IMG/VR virus record: IMGVR_UViG_3300046823_000057
Location: 1 to 38,846 of that record
Source: a virus
Taxonomy: Duplodnaviria > Caudoviricetes
Strand: one strand, 5' to 3'
DNA length: 38,846 nucleotides
Below, piece by piece: positions 32,296-38,846 of the stretch (positions are counted from its first letter, which is position 1; every line of letters begins with the position of its first letter). The notes beneath the pieces were generated by a model that did not search any database, had not been told where the DNA came from, and was given only the letters and a program-made list of their open reading frames with translations. The translations under genes were made by a program, and so were the position numbers.

Positions 32296-33868
32296 CGCCC
32301 ATTCCAAGCGCGCCCGCAAGCCCATAAATCGGAATCTCACCCTTGATAATGCCGCGCCGCACGATTTCGTCGCGCGGCATGCCGGTCAAACGGTGGGTGC
32401 GCTCGATGCTCTCGTTGACGGTCTGAATAAAGGGCTGGCCCTTGGTGTAGTTAGGGTCTTTCATGTTCTTGAACCCGGCCCAGCCCACGTCTTGATAGTT
32501 TTGCGGCGGGACGCCTACCTTCTTGGCTTCCTCGGCGAGCGTCTTCTCGTAGAGTCCGTACTGCCCCGGCGGCGGCATCATGACGTTTGGGGTCATGCCG
32601 GATGTCATTTGCTCGTCCATCGTCGCCGCGCCGCGGTTACCGGTGAAGTTCTGCGAGAAGTTGTGCCGCTTGGGGTTGGCCGCACCCAGTGCCGGGAATC
32701 CACCCTGGTCGAAGATTTTCTCGTGCATGGCCATGTTGCCGGTGACGTAGCGGCCGCCGATCGGATACGGCATCTCGTAGGACGCCTTCGGGTACGGCAG
32801 ATTGTTGGAGCGCAGATAATTGCCATAAGTCGCCATCAGCCAGTTGCTGGTTGGGTCGGCGCCGCCGGTCGTCGCCGCCATCGAGGTCGCAACCCTGTCC
32901 TGGAATGCCTTGCGGCCCGCGACCGGCCCCAGCTCGTCGATGAACTTCTTCTCTAGCTGCGCCATGGCATACCAGTCTGCGGTATCCTGCATGCCACTGC
33001 CGCGCTCGTAAGCCACGCGCAATCGCTGCCGCGCATCCTCGCTGCCAATCTTCTCCATGTGCTTGTCGATGGTCGCCTGCTTGGCGGGGATGATGGTCGT
33101 TGTGTCGACATTAGGCGGGTAGTATTGCGGGTCGACATGGGTGCGCTGGGCGGGATCGAAGTAGGGTGTGAACCCGTTCTTCTTCATGTCGGCCATAATA
33201 CGTGTGCGCTCGTCGCCGAAGGCTTGCGCTTCCGGCGTCAACTGCTTGCTCAGATACGGCTGCTTGGTCTTCTTATCGATCAGCTCGACTGGCGGCCCCA
33301 CGTCGGGATACTTCTCGGCGTATTGCGGGAACTTCGCCGCGGGGTCCGCGACTGAACCCATCTTGGGGCGCACCGCACCCGCCCCCAGAACCGTCTCGCC
33401 AGCTCGCATTGGCACACCGACGACGCCGCCCGTGCCAAGAGTATTGAGCGCCGTCTCTCCCGCCCAATCACTCTCGTTCTTGATCTTCATCAGGTCGTAG
33501 TAGTCGGCCTGCTCACTGCCAGGCGGATAAGGGTTCCTTTCCATCATCTGGCCCGGCCGCTTGACGTAGTCGACCGCCCCCTCGGCCGCGCCTTTCACTG
33601 CGCCTACCACTCCCATTGCCCAGGCCGGCGCCGGCTTGTAGCTCGCGGGCGGAATCAGTGTGTCGGGTTGCTCGGCCGAAGATCCCATGCGGACGAGCGC
33701 ATTACCCATGCGGGTGTCTTCCTGCGGGCCGGTGCGCAACACAGACGGCGGCCGTACCGTAATGCGTGCCGTGGGCTCGTCGCTATAACTATCCGGCGCC
33801 GCCAGCTCGCCCATCTTCAAGGCGGCCTCGACCTCGGGATCGGGTTGGTAACTATAGGTGTCGCTCAT
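32261..33868 (-). CDS. Late protein with a low-complexity N-terminus and a C-terminal HhH DNA-glycosylase-like domain
   Basis: Motif series DWY..MAATT...PTSN..NPKRHNFSQNFTG...TMDEQM..YGLYE...EA...G.PP..YQDVGW recalled as typical of phage glycosylase-like domains. The CDS is secure; the function is tentative. Confidence 0.6.
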   Translation of the reverse strand: MSDTYSYQPDPEVEAALKMGELAAPDSYSDEPTARITVRPPSVLRTGPQEDTRMGNALVRMGSSAEQPDTLIPPASYKPAPAWAMGVVGAVKGAAEGAVDYVKRPGQMMERNPYPPGSEQADYYDLMKIKNESDWAGETALNTLGTGGVVGVPMRAGETVLGAGAVRPKMGSVADPAAKFPQYAEKYPDVGPPVELIDKKTKQPYLSKQLTPEAQAFGDERTRIMADMKKNGFTPYFDPAQRTHVDPQYYPPNVDTTTIIPAKQATIDKHMEKIGSEDARQRLRVAYERGSGMQDTADWYAMAQLEKKFIDELGPVAGRKAFQDRVATSMAATTGGADPTSNWLMATYGNYLRSNNLPYPKASYEMPYPIGGRYVTGNMAMHEKIFDQGGFPALGAANPKRHNFSQNFTGNRGAATMDEQMTSGMTPNVMMPPPGQYGLYEKTLAEEAKKVGVPPQNYQDVGWAGFKNMKDPNYTKGQPFIQTVNESIERTHRLTGMPRDEIVRRGIIKGEIPIYGLAGALGMGAIAEQSQGGDR

Positions 33869-34395
33869 ATGTCGTAGCCCCGCTCGGGGTCGTCGGCGTA
33901 GACGCCGGGCTGCGACCAGAATTCCGGGGTGCCTTGCTGCTCAGTCGCCCAGGCCGGCGTGTTCTCGTCGAAAAACGGCGGTGCCGGTGGCGGTCGCTGT
34001 CTTTCGCTGGCAGCGTCGGGGAAGCGATTGTAGCTACGCACTTCGTTTTCCGGCACGCCAGGACCGACTTGCCGCAACACCCGATCAACGGCGTTCAGTG
34101 GCCGCCCGACAATACCGGGCTGGACGCCGTAGCGGTCGAGCGCCACCGACTCGCCCATCTGATGGCGGAAGCCCAGTGCCCGCAAGCGCACGTCGTCGAC
34201 GACCGGCGATGCCAGCGCATCCTCGCGCGCCGTCTGCTCGAGCTCCTTATCGAGCATAAGCGGAACGTCGGGACGCGCCGGCAGGCGCATATTGCCGTGC
34301 ATGTCCTCGTACATGCTGCGCAATCCCGGCTGAGTGCGGCCCTCCTGGCGCCGCAGCATCTCCATCAACCCCATCGGGTCGCGCGGATCGCTCAC
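33865..34395 (-). CDS. Hypothetical protein downstream of portal
   Basis: GTGA overlap with the portal stop, GGAGGAGG RBS, ATGA coupling downstream. Confidence 0.75.
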   Translation of the reverse strand: MSDPRDPMGLMEMLRRQEGRTQPGLRSMYEDMHGNMRLPARPDVPLMLDKELEQTAREDALASPVVDDVRLRALGFRHQMGESVALDRYGVQPGIVGRPLNAVDRVLRQVGPGVPENEVRSYNRFPDAASERQRPPPAPPFFDENTPAWATEQQGTPEFWSQPGVYADDPERGYDI

Positions 34396-36719
34396 AACGA
34401 CCCTCCTCCGATCGGCTGGCTCACCTTGAACTGTTGCTGCGCCGCCCGTTCACTCTGCCGCGCCGCCATGTCGTTGAGCTTGGCCTCGTGCGTTTGCTGG
34501 GCGAGGTCGGCCTTCTGCTGATTGAGCTTAAAGTCAGCCATCTTGCCCAGCATGTTGGCTTGGTGGGTCTGTTGGCTTTCCATCAGCTTCTGGTTCTGCA
34601 CTTGTGCCTTGGCACTGTCGGTCTGGTTCTGCGCGTCGAGCTCCATCTGCTTGATGGCGCGATCGTTTAAGAGCTTCTGCTGGTGCTGTTGCATGTCCTG
34701 CTGCAACTTCGCCGCCGCAATCGCGGCGTCAGCCTTGATCTTGTCGCTGGCGGTCTGGTTCTTCATTTGCTCGATCTGCAACTGCGTCTTCATCGCCGAC
34801 GTGGTCGGATCATCCGGCCGCGGCTGGTCGGACTTGGCCTTGAGCATCTCGATCAGCCCATCGATCGCGCCATCCAAGGGCCTGCCGGCGCGGAATGGCG
34901 CCGTCGCGAACTTCAACAGCTGCCCACAGAAATCCGCCGTCATCGGCTCGGCGGTGATCATCTGGTTGAGCTGCGGCAACAGCTGCGCCAGTACGCCGAC
35001 GAACTCGGTCCTGCGCTTCTTCTCGGATTCTTCCGTTGCCTGAATGGTGGAATCGGTTTCGATGTCGAGCACGAAACTCTTGATGCGATTATTGCGCAGA
35101 AATGCCAGTACTTGCTCCAAGGTCGGCTGCTCGGCGATCTTCTTGATCGACTTGCCGGCGGCGGCAATCAGCTGCTCGATCATGGGCTTTAATTGCTGCG
35201 CCGCTTGCGGGTTCTGCTGCAGGGCCTGCTGCGCCGTCTGCGTTTGCATCATCTGCCCGATCTGCTGTTTCTTCTGCTCCAGGTCCGTGGTGATCAGCTT
35301 GATCTGCTGCTCGGCCATGGCCCTCGTCGGCAGATCGGTCTGCGACATCTCGATGATGGTCTTGTCGGCGAACTTCTCGGCAATGATCTCGGTCGTGATC
35401 TCGACCAAGTCCCTGGCCAGCCGCACCAGCTCCTGCTGCTTGTCGCGGATTCTAACGCTGCCGTATTCGCTCTTCAGCTGCTGCGCGCCCAACGTCTCAT
35501 TCGGGTTCGTCGAGCCGCGCATGATGTCCGACAAACCCATGATCTGATAGATGTCGGAGATGATCTCCTTGCGCAGCATCACGCACGACTGAATGACGGT
35601 CGCAATCTGGTCGATCGGAAGCCAGACAATGATCTCCTTGGTGCCGCCGAAAGCCGCCCAGTTGGCGATCGGAACCAGCAATCTTCCGGGTGTGTTGGCA
35701 GCAATCGCCGCCTGCACGGCTTCGCCGATCTCGGCGCCGCCACTCGGGTAGAATCCTTTCGCCTCCAACGCATCAGACAGTGCGTGGATTCTGTCGGTAA
35801 GAAGGTTCACCTCATCGAGCTGGTCGCGGTACTGCGCCATGTCGGGCACGGGAACGAGGCTTCCCGGCTGCAGCGTCCCGTAAGCCGGTTTCGGACAGGG
35901 GAAGAAGTTCAAGAGGTCGAGGTGCGGGTCGTCCTCGTCGAGGATGTCCTCGCAGCCCTTCGCCACCCACACGACCCTGCGCTCGCCCTTGTGCCAGATC
36001 TCCCAAAACTGAGCTCGCTCACGAGCATCCGCCCCGCCAACCTCCTTCTTGTCACGATCGACCTTGTACTCGGCGTCCTGGTAGGCATCGCCTGAGTACT
36101 TGTAGAACCGATCGCGCGCCTCCGATCGCGTCAGATAGCTCGCCGCCGCCACCCAGCACACTTCCTCCCACGACCGCGAGACGCTATGCAGAAAGTCCTT
36201 GCGGTGTTTGTAATCGATGCAGACCTTCTCGTGGCTGTAATAGCCACCCTTATTGCCGCTCTCGTAGCGGCACCACGCCACGCCGCGGCCGGCCAGGGCC
36301 ACAGAATCGCGTACCTGGATCATCAGGTCGTTGATTCTGGCCAAGTCAAACGCAACCACCGCACAACGCTCTGCTAACTCAGATGCCGCCTGATAGACCG
36401 GGCGCTGATCGCGAAACTTGGGAACGACAACGGGAACCGGCGGCCGTGCGTAAATACTTGGCTTGATGACCTCGCAATTGGCCCAAAACATCTGGAACTC
36501 GCGATTGCGGCCGGCATCGCTCTTCGCCAGCTTCTCGAGGTTGCCGTACTCCTTCTCAACCTTGTCGCAGACCGTGTTCCACTTCTCGAACGTCTCTTCC
36601 GACTCCTCCAACAGATTAATCCACGCCTTCGCAGACTTCGGCTCGATCGAGGGATCGTACTCGATGGTGTCGGCGTTGATGTCTTCTTGATTGGGAGGCT
36701 TGCTGCCGTAGTCGGCCAT
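34392..36719 (-). CDS. Portal protein with long Q-rich C-terminal barrel
   Basis: 775 aa downstream of TerL; FQMFWAN, GRGVAW, FFPCPKP, IYQIMGLSDIMRG...ETLGAQQLK, DIETDSTI. Confidence 0.9.
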   Translation of the reverse strand: MADYGSKPPNQEDINADTIEYDPSIEPKSAKAWINLLEESEETFEKWNTVCDKVEKEYGNLEKLAKSDAGRNREFQMFWANCEVIKPSIYARPPVPVVVPKFRDQRPVYQAASELAERCAVVAFDLARINDLMIQVRDSVALAGRGVAWCRYESGNKGGYYSHEKVCIDYKHRKDFLHSVSRSWEEVCWVAAASYLTRSEARDRFYKYSGDAYQDAEYKVDRDKKEVGGADARERAQFWEIWHKGERRVVWVAKGCEDILDEDDPHLDLLNFFPCPKPAYGTLQPGSLVPVPDMAQYRDQLDEVNLLTDRIHALSDALEAKGFYPSGGAEIGEAVQAAIAANTPGRLLVPIANWAAFGGTKEIIVWLPIDQIATVIQSCVMLRKEIISDIYQIMGLSDIMRGSTNPNETLGAQQLKSEYGSVRIRDKQQELVRLARDLVEITTEIIAEKFADKTIIEMSQTDLPTRAMAEQQIKLITTDLEQKKQQIGQMMQTQTAQQALQQNPQAAQQLKPMIEQLIAAAGKSIKKIAEQPTLEQVLAFLRNNRIKSFVLDIETDSTIQATEESEKKRRTEFVGVLAQLLPQLNQMITAEPMTADFCGQLLKFATAPFRAGRPLDGAIDGLIEMLKAKSDQPRPDDPTTSAMKTQLQIEQMKNQTASDKIKADAAIAAAKLQQDMQQHQQKLLNDRAIKQMELDAQNQTDSAKAQVQNQKLMESQQTHQANMLGKMADFKLNQQKADLAQQTHEAKLNDMAARQSERAAQQQFKVSQPIGGGSL

Positions 36720-36733
36720 GCGGACACCCTTTG

Positions 36734-36762
36734 CCTAGCAAATCAGGTGCCCGATACGTCAA
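36734..36762 (-). promoter_or_regulatory. Possible promoter upstream of the portal gene
   Basis: Minus strand TTGACG-N17-GCTAGG, resembling alphaproteobacterial housekeeping promoters. Confidence 0.4.
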
Positions 36763-36790
36763 AGCATAACGCTAATGCGCGGCCTTGTCT

Positions 36791-36949
36791 TTAGCGCGGC
36801 TTCTTGGGAGCCTTGTGGCCGTACTTGCCTTTGTCAGCGTTGTGAAACTCCTTCGCCACCTTGACCGGAATGCCGGCCTCCTTGGCGAACTTGGGTGAGT
36901 GAGCGGCGGCAGACATAAAGCGTTTTTGCGCCAGCGACTTTGACGGCAT
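36791..36949 (-). CDS. 52-aa basic protein (MPSKSLAQKRFMSAAAHSPKFAKEAGIPVKVAKEFHNADKGK...)
   Basis: Translated by hand. GGAG RBS; resembles small basic proteins commonly found next to terminase/portal genes. Confidence 0.8.
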   Translation of the reverse strand: MPSKSLAQKRFMSAAAHSPKFAKEAGIPVKVAKEFHNADKGKYGHKAPKKPR

Positions 36950-37060
36950 ACCGTGTTACTCCATTAGTTATGAAGAAGGGGACGAGGACAGTCGTCAAGA
37001 TCTGCCCTTGTGGCTGCGGAGGAAAGATAGCGCCATACACCTCTCCTGGCCATAGAATCT

Positions 37061-37393
37061 CTAATGCTTGGTCTTGTCTTCCGGCTCCGCATCGAGCCAC
37101 TGCACTAGACACTCGGCCATACCCTTCGCCGCCTTCTCCCACTGCAGCTGCCGCTCGTGGGCTTCCCCGATGCCGGCCATGTAGCGGTCGTAGTTGTCCG
37201 CCATCTCCTTGCGTAGCTGCCGCATCACATTGTTAACCCGCGCCAGCACGGCTAACTTGTCAGGCTCCGACATGCAGGCAATCATCTGAAACGCCACGCC
37301 CAACACGTCAAAGGCATCGTCTGGCGTCTGCAAGCCGCGGCAGACATTCACTACCCTCTCGGTCGCTCGCTCCAGCTCCGCCTTCGTGGTCAT
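37061..37393 (-). CDS. Hypothetical protein (MTTKAELERAT...)
   Basis: ATGA overlap with the TerL stop; GGAGGGGG RBS. Confidence 0.75.
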   Translation of the reverse strand: MTTKAELERATERVVNVCRGLQTPDDAFDVLGVAFQMIACMSEPDKLAVLARVNNVMRQLRKEMADNYDRYMAGIGEAHERQLQWEKAAKGMAECLVQWLDAEPEDKTKH

Positions 37394-38778
37394 AGCTGTA
37401 TCCCCCCTCCGCGCCGGTCCCAGACCTCCTTCGGCGGCGGTATGCGCCACCCTCCATCATTCAACATCGGCGCCCTAGCCACCCGCTTCGGTGGCGGTCG
37501 CCAGCTCAAAGCCAAATAGCGAAACGAATCTGCCGGATGGCTCGTCCAATCGTGGACGGCGTTGGTTCTGAAACTCTTCTTCTCCTCGTCCCACTCTCTG
37601 CGGTACTGCTCCAACGCATTGATGCCGCCATCCTCACAACGCGGGTGGAAGACACAGAGAGGTAGCGTCAGCCTTACCGCGTTGATCCCATCATCAAGAC
37701 TCTCACGCGGCACCGGAACCGGATGCAAGTTGAACTGCTGCATCGTCTCGATTCTGGTCCTGCCGGTACCCCACTCCATCACCTTGGCATCGTGCGGAAC
37801 GTAATCATTGCCGTCTGCCCAGCCATGCAAGTGTCGCTTCTGCTCAATTACCTCGGCGTAGTGCTCAACGCCCGCGCCCGATGCTGCGTAGTGATCAAGA
37901 ATGAAAAGTTGCGCGCCGACATTCTGATAAAACCAAATGCTGGTATCATCGCGCATTCCCAAATCCCAAGCCCGGTGTACCGGCACCTTCGGCAGCGCAA
38001 TCACGTTCTCGCTGATGCGCTCCTCTCTCCTGATGTCAGCCATCTCACGCCCATAGAAACTTCCCAAGATCGCGGCATTGAAACTCACCATGTATTCTTG
38101 CTGGAAGTGCGCCGCGCCAACATCATCACCGTACAGCGCCTTGTACTCCTCCAACGCCGCGTCGAGCTGCTCTTGCGATAGCGTGCCGGTATCCAGCACC
38201 GTCAGAGATTCGCAGAACCAACCCTTCGCACGCTGCGCATAATTGTACATCTCGAACGCATGGTTTCTGCCGCGTGGCGTCGTAATGAAACAAGCCCAGC
38301 CATTATTCTCTTCCACCATCGGCCGGTAGTAACCCCACGCACTCGGATTGCTGAGAGCAAATTCGCTCATCGTTAATCCCGCGCATGAACTACCGACTGT
38401 CTGATCGTATCTGTCACTCCCTACGATCTGCCACGTACTGCCGTTGCGGAATCTAATAAACATCTCATGATCGTTGGTGCCCTCTCTGAGCATCTCAGGA
38501 AATACTTCATCAATTCTGCGCTTGCCGCTGTGCGGATTCACGGCCGTCCATAATGCTTTTCTGCCCTGTCCGTATTCCGGCAGACACGACCAGTAGTTTC
38601 CTGGCCGCTCCATCATGCTGACCGCGGTGTGATGCAAACAAATCTCATCCTTGCCGGCACGTCGGTGCCAAATCGCAACCGCACGCTTGCCGCCCAACTC
38701 AAGATAATCCCACAACTTCTTCTGATGCGCTCGCGGCATCCAACCGTTGTAAGGTACGCCGATGTTTATCTGATCCAT
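37390..38778 (-). CDS. terL: Terminase large subunit
   Basis: Walker A WHRRAGKD, FRNGSTWQIVGSD, MSEFA Walker B, FITTPRGRNH, FQQEY, nuclease AWDLGMRDDT and HDWTSHPADSFRY. Confidence 0.95.
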   Translation of the reverse strand: MDQINIGVPYNGWMPRAHQKKLWDYLELGGKRAVAIWHRRAGKDEICLHHTAVSMMERPGNYWSCLPEYGQGRKALWTAVNPHSGKRRIDEVFPEMLREGTNDHEMFIRFRNGSTWQIVGSDRYDQTVGSSCAGLTMSEFALSNPSAWGYYRPMVEENNGWACFITTPRGRNHAFEMYNYAQRAKGWFCESLTVLDTGTLSQEQLDAALEEYKALYGDDVGAAHFQQEYMVSFNAAILGSFYGREMADIRREERISENVIALPKVPVHRAWDLGMRDDTSIWFYQNVGAQLFILDHYAASGAGVEHYAEVIEQKRHLHGWADGNDYVPHDAKVMEWGTGRTRIETMQQFNLHPVPVPRESLDDGINAVRLTLPLCVFHPRCEDGGINALEQYRREWDEEKKSFRTNAVHDWTSHPADSFRYLALSWRPPPKRVARAPMLNDGGWRIPPPKEVWDRRGGGIQL

Positions 38779-38846
38779 CAACCGCCCTTGCGCTTGTAGT
38801 CGTCAGCCTCGATCTCGTCGGCGGCAATGGCGGCCGCATATCCAGC
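38778..38846 (-). CDS. 3' end of a gene coupled to terL (...AGYAAAIAADEIEADDYKRKGG), truncated by the window
   Basis: Open frame to the window edge; TGATG overlap with the terL start. Confidence 0.6.
   Translation of the reverse strand, partial: AGYAAAIAADEIEADDYKRKGG

Noticed and set aside
1-38846. Complete circular genome with the ends joining directly
   Set aside because: No terminal repeat is visible. Joining the ends puts the ATG at 8..6 out of frame with the ORF ending at 38778, and no small terminase is recognisable, so some sequence is probably missing.

Overview
The window is most of the genome of a temperate, podovirus-type (short-tail, P22-like architecture) phage. The host is very likely an alphaproteobacterium (Rhizobiales/Bradyrhizobium-like), judging from the high GC content, a GcrA homologue and a VPGP-type PEP-CTERM protein. 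No host chromosomal genes are visible. Left to right: (i) small minus-strand genes heading the packaging operon; (ii) a self-contained plus-strand cassette with its own promoter and tandem operators; (iii) the cro-led early/replication operon on the minus strand (Cro, GcrA, MT-A70 methyltransferase, RusA, PD-(D/E)XK nuclease, SSB-like protein, primase-polymerase/AAA helicase, a repeat-rich probable origin); (iv) CI repressor with identifiable operators, Xis, tyrosine integrase and a probable attP; (v) a PEP-CTERM-type moron and a stand-alone AP2 domain; (vi) lysis, tail fibre, ejection proteins, nozzle, adaptor, capsid, scaffold, portal and large terminase, all on the minus strand. The best candidate for an undescribed system is a late-operon gene just downstream of the portal (32261-33868). 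It has a DNA-glycosylase-like C-terminal domain and an N-terminal peptide shared with an ejection protein. It is paired with a convergent, leaderless 66-aa gene driven by its own near-consensus sigma70 promoter, which suggests a virion-delivered effector and a lysogen-expressed immunity protein. Other notable points are an AUU-initiated tail fibre, two small proteins ending in AD[DE]YKRKGG, and a GcrA/m6A-methyltransferase pair. All family assignments come from motif recognition by eye; no searches were run.
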